A stretch of 55,568 nucleotides of DNA, filler included, from Sphacelaria rigidula (GCA_964200075.2; 5 parts of 5 records of this genome joined end to end with filler, not necessarily neighbours in it), one strand, 5' to 3'; shown: positions 33,742 to 47,600, counted from the first letter of the whole stretch. A program made the numbers and translations. Notes: generated by a model from the sequence alone, not told the origin.

Positions 33742-36466
33742 GTGCGCCGAAACCTGGTGATTCTTGGATGGATTTCCAAGTACATTCACTTCATTGGAGA
33801 CACCATTATCCTTGTTGGCGCCCTCAGAGCCCGCCAGAGCAGTCTCGCCGGGCATGATCTCCAGACTCAACAAGCAGGTACTGTTGTACTATAGTACATG
33901 GTTATATTTTGCCGTGATCGTCTCTTTGCTCGTCGTATACTTGGGGTCCCACCAAAGTGCAGGGTTCTCCGATCCGCTACGTATACTGTTTGCAAAAACA
34001 TACTTTGTTGCAAACCCGATCCGCTATACTGATATGAAGTAGTTGAAGTATACCACTATAGTGCGAGATCTCCTGGCGACGCACCGCACTATGGCGACGG
34101 GATTACTCACCACTTTGCGCAGACAACCGCCCCCGCTTCTTGGGGACGAAGCTGTGTTGTTGCAGTCTCTAGATATACTATCCATCCCTCCGTCGGTGCC
34201 TGTATTGTGCTTGGTAATTTCGAGCGTCGAGTTAACGTACACCGCCAATTTTCATCGAATAAGGTCGCTTTTTCTTATGATCCGGGAAAAGAATAAATAA
34301 AAAAAAACTGGAGATCTGCCTCTCTGATCCTTCTGCTTCGTTTCACGCCCGAAAAAGAGGGCTAGGCGGGTTTTCGACCCCCTCAAAATGACTCGCTGAG
34401 TATGTTCTTCGAGGCAGTTCCCAGGGCACCTTCGCACTTCCTGGTGGCCGCAGTTGTTTCTTATGGCCGGACTTGCAATTTTTCTTTCGAACATACCTCA
34501 AGAAAAAACAAATCCCTTGAAGGAAGGTGAAAACCTCCCTCACCCAACGGATTCGCGTACCGATTACCCGGAGGCTCGGGTAGACCCGCCTTGGGGGGCA
34601 GTCATGTGGGGTAGACATCTCGAGCGTTCGAGAAACGTGTGCTGCAGACCGAATTAGTCCGAGGCGGTAGTAGCCTTCTGCTCGTCGTGCCAAGCAAAGA
34701 TCGCGGGAGTGGAAGAAAGGCACTAATAGGACATATGATGAGAGTTTTTTTTTTCGGAGCGCAGAAAGGGGTCCTGCTACCTGACGACTCTCGTTCGTAG
34801 TTCGTACTCCCGTTCGCTGGCAGCAGACTTAACCGGAGTTAGAGCTACAAATTTTCAAGGCTATGTTCTGTAGGGTACGGTTCTCTGTATACCCGGGGAA
34901 GTTTGCCGGGTATTCAACGTACCCGACAGTTCTGTGACTTCTGTAAGACTTTTGTACCGGTACCCGACAGTTCTGTAATATCTGTAAGACTTTTATACCC
35001 TTACCCGATAGTGCTGTAATCTCTGTAAGACTCCCGTACCGTTACCGGGGGGCACGGGTACGCTTTTGATAAGATACCTGATTGCGGGTACGTTTTCTGT
35101 GCAACCTCATAACGCTACCCGACAGTTTCTGTGAGTTCTGGACAGAAATTTTCCCCTGACCCGAGGGGCGGGTATGCCCTTAAAGAGTTACCCGATTGCC
35201 GGTTTTCTGTAAGTCCCCCATACCGTACCCGACAAGTTCTGTAATTTCTGTAAGACTTCCATGCCGGTACCCGACAGTTCTGTAATTTCTGTAAGGAATA
35301 TTATACCCTACAGAACGTACCCGTACCTGACAGAACACACCCTTGCAAATTTGGATCACTTGGTTTGAGTGTGATCAATAAGGATCGGATCTTTAGTGGG
35401 GCTTCACAGTCCCGTGTGCTCCCATTATGGCGTTCACAGAACGCGTTTTCGTCCAAATAGGCACCATAGGCACTGATTTGCCCAGGGAACCTCATACACC
35501 CCATACACTGGCTTTTTCCGAGGGTTCTCGTTATGCCTTGGGTTATGGTTATGGTGAGGGTTAGGGTCAGCGTTTGTTGTAAAATGTGTCAACCATGGAT
35601 AGAATGTAGCCCAACTCTGGTTGAAGCCATCGCGGCGAAATCACGAAATGCCCAACCATTCCACCTTTTACGGCACTACAACCGTTCGTTGCTAGCGTTT
35701 TCTTCTTGTCCTTCGTTTTTTCTTTTCCTTCTCTTTTCTGTTCTTTTCTGTTCTTTTCTGTCCTCTGTACTCTGTTCTCTGTTCTGTTCTGTTCTGTTCT
35801 GTTCTGTTCTGTTCTGTTCTGTTCTGTTCTGTTCTGTTCTGTTCTGTTTTGTTCTGTTCTGTTTTGTTCTGTTCTGTTTTGTTCTGTTCTCCTCTTCTCT
35901 TTTTTTTTTTTTCTCAAGTGTTTTCTGTTTGTCTGTTCCATCTCCTCTCCCTTTTTCTTTTCCTTTATTCTTTCAGCGAGTGTTTCACGTTTTGTTTTTT
36001 CATCTCGGGTAAGTTTTGCCAATGTAGTGACCGCGGCTGCATCATCCCCGGGGAATCAGTTGAAAGTGCGACGATCTATCAATCAATCAAACCAATAAAT
36101 CAACCTTTGAACTCCTCAGATATCTCAAAGCAAGCGTCGCGCGATCCACCCTTCGTGCTTCTTTTATCACAAAACAATAACTCAGGTTCCGGCTACAGCG
36201 ACATTTCCTCCTCCCGGATGGCCCGTCGACAAAGCCGCAGAGACCACTCGATAGCCCCGTCCGCGAAGATGTCACCCTCCGACCTCACCCTCGACGTGGC
36301 TCGTGACCTGCCTGCCCCCGCGGGCTGTTCAACAAGCACTGCATCAGCTACTCCTTCACAGCGAGCCCCTGAGAATGTGGAGCGGACTAATATGGAGCGG
36401 ACTGGATCCTTCGAATTCGAAGATGGCTCGAACAGCTCCACGTATTCTAGTGAGAGGGGGCACTGA
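33742..36466 (+). CDS. Hypothetical protein, last two exons 33742-33877 and 36186-36466; hydrophobic segment then Ser-rich tail
   Basis: A polypyrimidine tract and CAG precede 33742. The exon reads VRRNLVILGWISKYIHFIGDTIILVGALRARQSSLAGHDLQTQQA and ends at G|GTACTG (phase 1). This joins in frame to CTCAG|GT-SGYSDISSSRMARR...SSERGH-stop. Confidence 0.55.
34885..35335. repeat. Degenerate array of TACCCGACAGTTCTGT..TTCTGTAAGAC units (likely non-autonomous TE interior)
   Basis: At least six imperfect copies of the motif are visible. Confidence 0.7.
35735..35890. repeat. (GTTCT)n pentanucleotide microsatellite
   Basis: Directly visible; it accounts for the spurious EQNRT / SVLFC ORFs. Confidence 0.97.
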
Positions 36467-38494
36467 TGGAGGTGGGAGAGGATAGTCCTACGGTCGGGGG
36501 CGGGGGATGCAATTGTCTGCCCTTTGACTATTTACAACATTGATTGCATAATACAAGTTAGAAGCTACCACCTATGTTATATTTCGCATGGAGAAGTGAT
36601 GCCGCGATACCCCGCCTCCCAAACCAGTTTTGCTCCGTCTCGAAAGGGATACGCGGTCAACGGTCAAACGACTATTAGAAGGTAAGCAATAAATTAGTAG
36701 CCCCTCCCTCCCCCCGAACCATTCCCAAAACTGCGACAAAGAAAATGACCATACAGCGCATGATGGCTGGTTTCAAACAGCATGAAGCGCCTCATATGGG
36801 AAACGTTGGCGAAAACGATCCCGTACGTACAGTAGGGGTTCCCAGCTGCTCAGTGTGCTCGATCCATGCCATTTTGATTCACACCTAGATTTTGCCTCGT
36901 CAAACCAGCTACTTGTCTGGGGAGGGGGGGGGGGGAGGCACTATCGCGGCATCGGTCGGAGAGGTACTTCGATACAAAAGCAGCAGTGTACGGCGTAATG
37001 GCACTTCGGCACGCTCAACCGCTTCTTTCTGGCCCAAACCTTACTGTGATTTTCACTAACCCTTCCCCGGCGAGACTTGTAATCTCAATCGTGACCTCCT
37101 TTCGTTAGTCTGGTACCTGAGCCTTATCCTGCAAGGGGGGTGTTTCGACATATGAATGTACCTTATTGGTAACAAGCGCGGTCGAACAAAGTTTTTGTCC
37201 TTGGCAACGATTTGAAGTGAAATTACCGAAGGAAGCCCCGCCCCCTCCTCCACCCCCGCGCTATTATCGCAGAACGAGTCTAGAACCCTTTACTGATGTA
37301 GATTCGTCGTTGTTAGTCATCAATAGGTCTGAAATTGTGCAATCCCTCCCCCCCGCCCTGCCCCCCCGAAGCAGCCCGAAAAATGTCACGAAAACGATGG
37401 CCGATTAGGCCGTGGCTCCAGGCTAGTTGCTTGATCAATTTCACTTGACAGAAATATGCACGACCCAGATGGACTACCCTTGCGGTCTAATGAGGGCTCA
37501 GCGCCATACCTGGATGGACAACACTCGTTTTCTTCTCCTTCCCTTTTCTTTGGGGAAGTTTTTTATTAGCATATCTGTTTCCTTCTTTTTTGCCACCTTG
37601 ATGAAACCGGGGGAAGCTACAGTTATCATCTGTCTGCTTTCCTGGCGTCTCTCTTCTTGTTATTTTTAGTCTGAAGTCTCTGAAAATATGTCTTGTAAGG
37701 AATTAGCAGGACGGTGTTGGAAAGACGAGCCTACGTCTTGACCACGGGTTCGAGAGATCGGACCAATGTGCGGAAATAATAGTAATAAGAAAGTCGCTGT
37801 AGGTGAACGACCGACCCCCGATCATGAAAAATTATACAAGTGTGTCCTGTACACAGCAATTACTTTTTACGGGTGTGCGAGTAGTGTGACGTAGGGTGGT
37901 ATCCTGGGTGCAGGACCACTCGCTGGATGCCGGTGCGCAATCCCTGAATACCTCCTGCGTCACTTTTGATTGGTTGATTGATTATCTCACAATAGCTGAT
38001 TGCAACCATCCAGCCCGTAGTCAGGAGGGCCAAAAAACAACAGAATGAGGAACAAAGAAGGAAAGAAACAGGAAAAGACAGAAGCGACAACTTCGGAAAG
38101 GGAAGAACAAAGGGAGCAGCGACCCTTTTGTGCACAACTGACCTGATGAAAGTAATTTATCCTTTGACGGCGAGAGGACTGTAGGTCATTTGAATCGGCA
38201 TCACTTTCACCTGACTGAAAAGGGTACATAAGTGATCCAGGTAGGCTTTTTTTTTTTTTTTATGCTTTTCGCATAATTCGCATAAATTACGCGTTCTTGT
38301 CTTTCGGTCTTGCACACTGATATGAAGTAATTGTAACGTCGCAACGGGGTTTCCGCTTCAAAATGACCCCCTTTTGAACGAGACGCATATTTTGTTTGAG
38401 GATGAAGACGCATAAAAAACAAAAGCCGAGATCCAGTCGGACTACCCTCCTCGCGATCAAGGGGTTTAACTGTTCCGAAAAGGGCTACCGCTTT

Positions 38495-38871
38495 GTGTGT
38501 TTTGTGTGGTGTCATCCACCAATTCGGGACGCTGGTCTACATATTTCGGTATGTTTGGGCGCATCAGCCGGGATAACACAGGAGGAAGGCCAACACATAG
38601 GTTTTTCTTCTCCCTTTTTTTTTATTACGAGTACTCAGCCTTCCTTCTCCGATGCTTGCCGTACCTTTTATCACGAGAGGGGTTCAGTGGTCCCTTTTCC
38701 CTCGTCGACCGCGGAGTCGAATTTTGTGTACCTAAGACACAGTCGCTCTCCACTGTTGGGCATGGTATGAAAAAATTCCCAGGTCGTGGGACTTCGCCGA
38801 GACTCGAACCCACGACCCAACCGTCAGAATAAGGTTTCGAGGTTACCAACTGAGCCACTGGGGCTACCGGC
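38495..38871 (-). mobile_element. Full-length SINE family A copy
   Basis: Reverse complement of the head (GGTAGCCCCAGTGGCTCAGTTGGTAACC...GGGTTCGAGTC), body and CA-rich tail. Confidence 0.82.
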
Positions 38872-39121
38872 CAATAACAGCATTATTACTTGGTGAGGAT
38901 TGAGCATTATAATACCAGAATAATACGGGGTCCCAGTATAGTGCGGTCATGCCGGGTGGATGATCCATCGCACTACAACAACAGTATAAAACGACCACCA
39001 CCTTATGGCCAATCATGTGTTTCGACAGTGACAAAATTACTAGTTGAACAAGGGTACTGTACAGAAACAACAGCGAGGTTTTACAAATCGAGCGCGCATG
39101 TATTTGACCCTTGGACTGCGA

Positions 39122-39483
39122 GGTCGCCCCGGTGGCTCCGTTGGTTCCCTCGAAACCTTTTGACGGTTTGGTCGTGGGTTCGAATCTCGGAGCGATCTGG
39201 GATTTCTGCTCTCACAATGCCCAACAGTGGAGACCGACTATGTTGTCGGTACACAAAAGGCGACTTGATGGTCGGCAAGGGAAAGGGACCGCTCAACCCC
39301 TTTTGCGATAAAGAAAGAGAGGCATGTACCGCAGAAGGACGGTGGAAAAGTAAAACAAACGACCAAACAAAAAACTCCTGTGTTGGCGCTCCTCCTGTGT
39401 GACCCCGGCTGATGCGCCTATATATATACCGAAATGTGTAAACCTGCGTCTAGAAAAAACCGGACGACAATACAAACACACGC
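39122..39483 (+). mobile_element. Full-length SINE family A copy
   Basis: Head, body and tail present; ACTGCGAGG is repeated at 39115 and 39484 (candidate TSD). Confidence 0.85.
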
Positions 39484-39609
39484 ACTGCGAGGGTAGGTCA
39501 CCTGCTGAATCTGAAAGTGAGTCCGATGGCTTGACAGCCTAGAGGGCCCCGGGATTAGCCTTTGTTAAGATCTCACAGATACCATTGAGCTAGACATCCA
39601 TCCAGAAGG

Positions 39610-39980
39610 CCGGTCGCCCCGGTGGCTCAGTTGGTAACCTCGTAACCTTCTGACGGCTGGGTCGTGGGTTCGATTCTCGGAGCGATCTGGGATGTTTTCT
39701 CACACCATGCCCAACAGTGGAGAGCGACTATGTCGTGGGTACACAAATTCGAATCAGCACTCGACGAGGGAAAGAGAGTGCTGAACCCCTCTCGCGATGA
39801 AAAATAAAGACAAGCACCACAGAAGGAAGGTGGGGTGCTAAATACAAAATAAAGAAGAAAAACACTCCAGTGTTGACGTTCCTCCTGTGTGGCCCCGCTT
39901 GGTGCGCCCACATATACACCGAAAGACGTAAACCGCTGTAGACCGGCGTCCAGAATAGAAGGGACGACAGTCACACACAC
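39610..39980 (+). mobile_element. Full-length SINE family A copy
   Basis: CCGGTCGCCCCGGTGGCTCAGTTGG (box A), GGTTCGATTC (box B) and a (CA)n tail; CATCCAG occurs on both flanks. Confidence 0.85.
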
Positions 39981-42779
39981 ATCCAGCGGTAACTGTCTAG
40001 CTCGGTGGTATCTATGACATCTAAACAGAATCGGCATCACTTTAGCTCGAAACAAGCATAAGTCATGCAGATGGCCCACCCGCATCGCGGCGCGACCTAT
40101 TTGCAGGTGGGGTATACAAATAAGAGCGTACAGGTCGCCAACGCCTCCACAATCAATTCCACGACAAACCCAATCTCAAATGCTGATGAGCACACGAAGC
40201 AACGGGCATACTCCACAGTAGTGCACAGCAGGGCGGTAACACCAATCATATTTCTTTTGTTGTAGGGCAGGATGCTGTAAACGCAGTCGGCGATGAGTTC
40301 TCTGCTCCATACTACACCGGGAATCGTAAAATCAATCGTTTTTTCTTGGGGCACTTCTTTGAGAGCAAAAATATGTCGATATTTGACAGTTGCTGTGGCA
40401 TGGACAACAAGATATTAAGATATGAGCTGGGCGTTCATGTGTAATCCTGTCATCATGAGAGTGTGCATTACGTAGTGACAACCGTTCACACCCGCCGCAG
40501 CCCATGCACAGGAACACAGTGTATCCGGGCAGATGACGACACTGGGATGCATGGAGCATTATACACGGCGGCCGTATACCCGCAAGTAGGGAAACTTGTG
40601 AAACCACACCATCATTGCACTACAGGTACCGCTGTCTGCTGTCTGCCGTGCGGACTGTACACTCACCATGTACAACGGACAACAGACAACAGAGCAGTAG
40701 TAGTACCGGAGTGCTACTGTTGTACATGGGCCTATAGTGCTCTGGACGCAGTTGACAAGTGGTGCGATATAGGAACACTCCCACTGCTCATACTGCCAAT
40801 TGGATAGCCTGCACAGTACACAGACAGTGTAGAGACAGCGTGTTGTCTTGTACAACAGCAGTGCAACAACAGTATGATATGGTGGTATTCTCGATGGCAA
40901 GCAGCTGATGGATACTGTATACAGTCCGTATCGTCAGAACATCCATACCACCGAGCATGCGCGGTGCTTGGCTGGCCAAGAACACAAGACGACTGTTTGC
41001 TCGTCAATACAATATCGAGCAGAGAGTTCATCGCCGCAGGCGTGTGTGGTCTCCTGCCCTACGACATGATGTTTGCTTTACTACCCCTGCTGTGGACTGC
41101 TGTGAAGTGCGACTGACCGTTGTTTCGTGTGTCCAGGATTTCGATTTAAAATTGGGAGGCGTTTACGACCTGTACGCTCTTATTTGCATACCCCTCCTGC
41201 AAATGGGTCGCGCCCCGTATCGCGGTCTACGGATTAATAAAGCATGGAATTATTCTCGAGAACAAGATGCACATGCACGGCGAGTTGTTAGTGTAGTTTT
41301 GAGGGGAAATGAACATTACTCCAAGGCCTTATCTCAAATTTTAGCTCAAGTTTTTAGAACTGTGATTTCAAATTTAATCAGCATGGAGAACCACGAAGGT
41401 GTGCCGAAAACAAAAATGGACCCTCATATTGTTTTCCATGAATATTAAGGCGTTCTCGTGAAAAAACGGATTCACCACACTAGAACGCCCTAAACCGGTG
41501 AAAAAAATACAAGAAATCAACCTGACCCACTGAGGAGGTTTGTTAACTATGCCCTAGTGAATGCCCGCACGAAATTTCAACACACAAAAACCAAACGTGG
41601 GCCGGTCAGTGGCCTGCGGAATACTGTTCCGAATTTCTATCGACCCGGTTTTTAAAAGACGAATGCACCGGCCAATGTTGAGTTGAAGCGTAAAAATTGG
41701 TATGGACAATGCATGGGGCGATTTTTGTTTTTTAAGAATGCACCAGAAGTTTTTTTTCATGAGTTAAGGTCAATAATCACTTTTAAAATGCCCTCTACTC
41801 ATGAATTAGATTTTATTTTTGTGCTTTCGTAATATTTTTTTTGTGCCCTATGCATTGTCCATACTAAATTTTACTCTCCAAATCTAAAGTTTTGGCCGGC
41901 ACATTCGCCTGCAAACCATAAATTTGCTTCACGGCTGGCCCAGCTCGTACGATATGCCTATCCAGCCGTCGTGTGTAACCTCGCTCACGCTGAAAAAGTA
42001 GTCAAGCCGTAATTTGCGAAGTCCCGAGTAAACGGGGCATTCTGACAAATAAAAACATTTTGTCCACGTGAATGAGCGGAGGTCGAAATTGTTGGGTATA
42101 AGTACGCAATTTTACCCATCGCGCATGCATTATTTCGAGGATGAGCGAGGACGCACGTCACGGCCAGAGAAAACATTTTTGTTTCTAGAATATTCGGATG
42201 CTTATTATTATGGAGGCTCCGAAGGTTTATCCTTTGAAAAACATCCGTTCTCAAGTTGAGAAAATCCCGTGTCTACAGATGCAGCCAGTGGTGCTCATCA
42301 TGGATATTTTCCCCGCAGTACACGTACAAGCACAAAAGACAACCACAGCCGCTTGGGAGGGGTGCCTTATTCATCCACTATCTAGAAGAAAAAATGTTGA
42401 GAAAATGCACAGAAATTTCTCCGATTCCGCCGGGCCTCAGTGCGATTTGTTGTTGTCATTTTTATATCTATTTTAAACTGGTATCATTTGTCTTTTTTTG
42501 TTTGTCGCTCTTTAAACCCCTTCCCTTTCTTGGGACCCCCACACCTCTAGACTCTTGGGCTGGCGTCGAGTGGCAAGGGCGCTGTAAAACAAGCCACCGA
42601 AACCTAGACAAGAAATGTACTGACTGTCACCGTACATATACCAGGGACCGCCACAGAACGAGGAAAGTCCCGGACCGAGAGATACAACAGACGTGCGAAA
42701 ATCTGAGTAACCCGATTTATTTCCCCCCAAAACACACACAAAATGGGTATAGACGTGATACACCATTTTTGTTTTTCCC

Positions 42780-43855
42780 CCAAACCGTATCACAGCTCGG
42801 GCACAGACACAAAATAAAGAAGCTAATCCTCCTTTTTCTTCAACCTACCATAATACAGCCCGGACATAGACATGAAAATAAGAAGCTAACCCTCCTTTTC
42901 CTCAACCTACCATAACACAGCCCGGACATAGATATGAAGATGAAGAGGCTAATCCTCCTTTCCCTCTCAACCTACCATAACACAGCCCGGACATAGATAT
43001 GAAGATGAAGAGGCTAATCCTCCTTTCCCTCTCAACCTACCATAACACAGCCCGGACATAGGTATGAAGATGAAGAGGCTAATCCTCCTTTTTCTTTCAC
43101 CCACCATAAAACAGCCCGGGCTTAAACAGGAAATAGAGAAGCCAAGCCTTCTTTTTATTCAACCTACCATGACACAGCCCGGACAAGAACATGAAATAGA
43201 GAAGCTGATCCCCCTTTTTATTTCATCTACCATGACGCAGTCTGGACATAAATCTGAAATTAAGAAGCTAGCCCTCCTTTTCCTCAACCTACCATAACAC
43301 AGTCCGGGCTTGGACAGGAAATAGAGAAGCTATCCTTTCTTTTTCTTCAACCTACCATAACACAGCCCAGACTTGGACAGTAAATAGAGAAGCTAGCCCT
43401 CCTTCTTCTTCAACCTACCATAACACAGCCCGGACATAGACATGAAATAGAAGAGAAGCTAGCCCTCCTTTTTCTTCAACCTACCATAACACAGCCCGGA
43501 CATAGATATGAGATGGAGAAGCTGGCCCTGCTTTTTCCTCAACCTACCACAGCACAGCCCGGACTTAGACATGAGATGGAGAAGCTGACCCTCCTTTTTC
43601 TTCAACCGACCATAACACAGCCCGGACATGGACATGAAATAGAGACATGGACAGGAAATAGAGAAGCTAGCCCTCCTTTTTATATACACCATAATACAGC
43701 CCGGACATAGACACGAAATAGAGGAGCTAATCGTTTTTCTTCAACCTACCATAACACAGCCCGGGCATACGCAGCCCTGGCATAGACGTAAAATAAAGAA
43801 GCTGACCCTCCTTTCATTCAGCCTACCATAGCACAGCCCAATGTAGACGTGGAAT
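42780..43855. repeat. ~60-bp minisatellite, about 17-18 degenerate copies
   Basis: Unit approximately CAACCTACCATAACACAGCCCGGACATAGACATGAAATAGAGAAGCTAGCCCTCCTTTTTCTT, recurring every 60-61 bp. Confidence 0.95.
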
Positions 43856-44535
43856 AGTGAAAAATAACATATCTACTTTCCCATACCAAATCCGAAAACA
43901 ACCTAGATTCTCTCCCATATAATAACAAACGTAAGACAAGAGTGAAGGCCAAAATCTAATCATGTAAGTAATAGCATGAAGGTTGACCACCCTGCATGCG
44001 TATGGAAAATACAAGAAATATAACCAGTACGGATAGGGTAGGGTCATCACCCTGTCCATGTCAAACTCACATGGAGGTTGGGATCTTGTCGTGAGATACC
44101 CTTGAAACCTAACCGGTTTTTATTGGGTGGTGGAAGTCTGGTCAGTCATTTCCAGAAATTTCCGACATTAGGTACAAAAGGTGCCCAATGGAAGGAAGGG
44201 GTGGACAATGCGTGACGTAAACGTCAAGACCTACTGCACTTATGAAACAAACACCTTACTGATGACCGACCACATGACCTACGAGAAGGAGCACCAAGTG
44301 GTGCGTAGATTTCTTGATATCTTGGAGGATAAAAGCTGGTACAAAGTGTGGGGGAATCGTTCGCCAAGCTTTCGGCAGCGAAGGTCTACTCGCAAGCATC
44401 AGTGGAGTATCGACCCATGGTGAACCGTACACGGANNNNNNNNNNNNNNNNNNNNNNNNNNNNNNNNNNNNNNNNNNNNTTAATTAATTAANNNNNNNNN
44501 NNNNNNNNNNNNNNNNNNNNNNNNNNNNNNNNNNN

Positions 44536-44568
<33 letters not shown>

Positions 44569-44606
44569 GGGTAGTAGTAGTGGTAGCAGTAATAATCGTA
44601 GTAGTG
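44536..44606. repeat. (TAG)n microsatellite at contig start
   Basis: Directly visible. Confidence 0.95.
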
Positions 44607-47600
44607 GTAAAATAGTGAGGCGTCTTGCGTCTTGTGCTACGTTCTACTGCACACAGGCAACGAGGATCACCTTGTAATGTGGTATCAAGAGAGACAATGG
44701 GAAAAACGGCAAGTCTTCACATGGTCCGCACCTCCTTCGGTGTTAGGACCACAAGAGCAGTAGAGTCACAGATCCACGTGGCATCGTCGTATGCATATGG
44801 TACCGTATATCACAAAACGTTTGTATCACGAACGGGGGCGGGGTAATATGGTCTAAGTGCTGTCGCAAAGAGCTTGAAGCTACGACTCACCGACATTTCG
44901 TGTGCTGTTTTGTTTAGCTATTTTTGTGCACGGAAGGAAATGATACGTGCAGCACTACTACGCTACTCTTTTCTAAAGGACAAAGTCATTGACTCCTGCT
45001 ACCCGTTAGACCGCTTCGCGCGTGCGAGCTCCATAGTATCGCAAAGATAATGGAGGTTGCAATTTATCACCCGAATGTAGGTGATATCCACCATCGCCCT
45101 ACTGAATTAATAGGTAACCCAGGCTGGTGAAACAAGGGCTATAACAATGCGGCTCACTTCAAGTATTCAGCTCACTAAACATTCACTGTAGCGGAGTAGT
45201 CCTTGCCGTTGCCATCATGCTCAAATGCTGCATCATGCAAGCGACAGTCGTTCCATCAATATCGTCGATAGCAAAAGCCGACCGTCCCTGCCTTGCTGCC
45301 CCCGCCCCCTCCTCTGTCACTCACCACTAGACCCTTAAACTCCTCGGATGTTTTTAGCTCGGCGTTGTCTCGCACGATCGAGGCCACGTGCGCCGCTTCG
45401 CTCTTATGGTCGAGGGTCATGCTCTCCTCTGGAAGTGCCGATGGTTGATCATGCCCGTGCCCGATGGGATGTCCATTTGGAGACACCTGCTTCATTAAAA
45501 GTTGACGGCAAGAGGGAGAGAGGGGAGACGGGAGACGTGGTGTACTCATGATCATGCATGCTATAGTTATAAGACCATGAGGACGGGAGAAGGGGGGGAT
45601 ATTACTAAAGTAGTAAGACTATCGCACAAGGTAGAAATCTACTGTGACTTCATGAACCCCCCCCCCTCCGGTACGCGGCTGCCATTTGAATCTTTGTTCG
45701 TTCCACTAGTGTCGTATTTCCCTAGGATACCCGCTATCCTCATTCTGTACGTACTGTCCGAAAGGGCGGAGGACGGGGGCAAAAATAAGGTCGACCAACA
45801 GGTTCATGTCTCTTATGCTTGCCGTTGCTTATTTCAACAGGACAAAGTCATACGTGTACATGTATGTGTATGTAGGAATCATGGATAGGCCTCCCGCCAC
45901 GAGCCGTACTGTACTTCACAGTAGGGCGGAAGCTTTTTTTTGTCATTACCGCTCCTCTTCCCCATGACCATGTGACACGATCATGTGGACCCTACCCTCG
46001 CTTTCACGAGACTTGCGTACCTATCTGGAGGGTGAGGGGGTGAAGAGAGACATACCCAGCAAGTGCTTGGAGCTCTGATATTATCGGGGGCCATCGCCCA
46101 TTTCTGCAGATATCACGGGCAGAGTCATGACGCTCAGAGTCTGCGAATAATGTGGAAAATGAGGCATAGTCGTACAGTTGCCAGGTGCGTTTTTTCAGGC
46201 TGTTGGCCACCGCCCGGCTTCGAGGGGAAAGACACGCGCGCGGTACACACGTTGACTGGTTAATTTTTGGAGGAGCGGGAGACGGTGCGTATTAAAAGTC
46301 AAACCAAAAAGAATGATACTGATGTACATCATGAGCGTTTGTAGACCCAGTTCTGTTATATTAAGAAGAAGATGAGATCACAGAGTAGTCGAAGGGACGT
46401 TGCGAAGAATATGCCGAGTGCAGTCGAGCACAGCATTGTGCCATTGATCTCCTGGTACAAAATGAGCTCGATCAGGGACCCGTGCATGAGTTCTTAAGGA
46501 GCTTGGGGCACGCACTTACACATACAATATCAAGACAACGTAATCAGAATAAACGACAACTCACGACCTTTAAAAAAGAGCGGAGAAGACGATAGATTTG
46601 GCGCGCGCGCGCGGGGGGGGGATGCACATTGAGAACCAGTCAAACAGTTGACTGTCCATCCCCTGGCGTGGCGTGATCGACTTTGGATTTCGTACGTATT
46701 GTGGGCAAAGACGCAGTTGTCCGCGGTATTCCTGACTGATGAGAAAAAAATGAGCGACGAGTTTCACCCCAACAAATCGGGCGTAGTAGCCGTTGCCTGC
46801 TGGCACAACAAACAGCGCAACGGCTCGAATTGTGTATCCATCCGCGTGTCGATTGGGCGCATAGCACCCTCGGCGACATGTGATTCTAGATCGGAGAAAA
46901 ATCTAACTGCATTATCGGAAACCGTTTCAACAGCGCGCGTCATTCTAGGGATCTTTACTGCAGGAAAATCAACTGATTTGGTACATCACAAGCAAGTCAC
47001 GCGGGAAAGTCCGCAGCGGGAAGCGCGCCGTGCAGGGATGCTAACGGACGCTTCCAATCACCCGTTCACCATCACGCGGTTGTAAACCCTTTCCAGCAGG
47101 AGAACCATCGGCTGGTGCACACCGACCATATCATCACAGAGCTCCCGCAGTAACATGTCCATGACCTCAAATTCGCCTGCTCATTGTGGAAAGAATATAC
47201 TCCTCGAACTGCATAGGTTTTTGGGATCATTCAATTATACGAGATTGTGAGATTTTACTGGGGGAGCATTGATTGGCGTGCTTAAATAAACTCACGAACG
47301 TTCCCATTGGTGCTCTTACATGGACTCAAAATGACTCTTCGAAGTCACCGGCGAGAGCGGTTAAAGAGCCTCGCCTGACCGTTGGCATTTCTTTACGAAG
47401 GACGGTCGAGCCCACGCTTCATGTCCTCCATGCACGGCGGTGCGTACGTGACTTATGCTCCATGCGACTGGGTGCTGCTGTATTTAATCCTTTTGAAATC
47501 AATTGACGACTCGTGTTTTCTGTGAATTGGTATCATTTTCATGCATTTTCAAGCCAACATCATGCCGAATCACAAAAACAGTAATCGTCAATGGGCTCCC

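Noticed and set aside
35538-35570. Telomere repeat (GGGTTA-like)
   Set aside because: Only about five degenerate units, and internal to a contig.
35533-36098. Long ORFs with SVLFC / EQNRT repeats
   Set aside because: These are translations of the (GTTCT)n microsatellite, which lies in a predicted intron.
39616-39685. tRNA genes at SINE heads (also near 20126, 21881, 24728, 53854)
   Set aside because: Box A/B motifs are present, but the acceptor stems do not pair and each head runs into a shared repeat body with a tail.
42780-43855. CRISPR-like array
   Set aside because: Units are contiguous with no unique spacers, the context is eukaryotic, and no cas genes are present.
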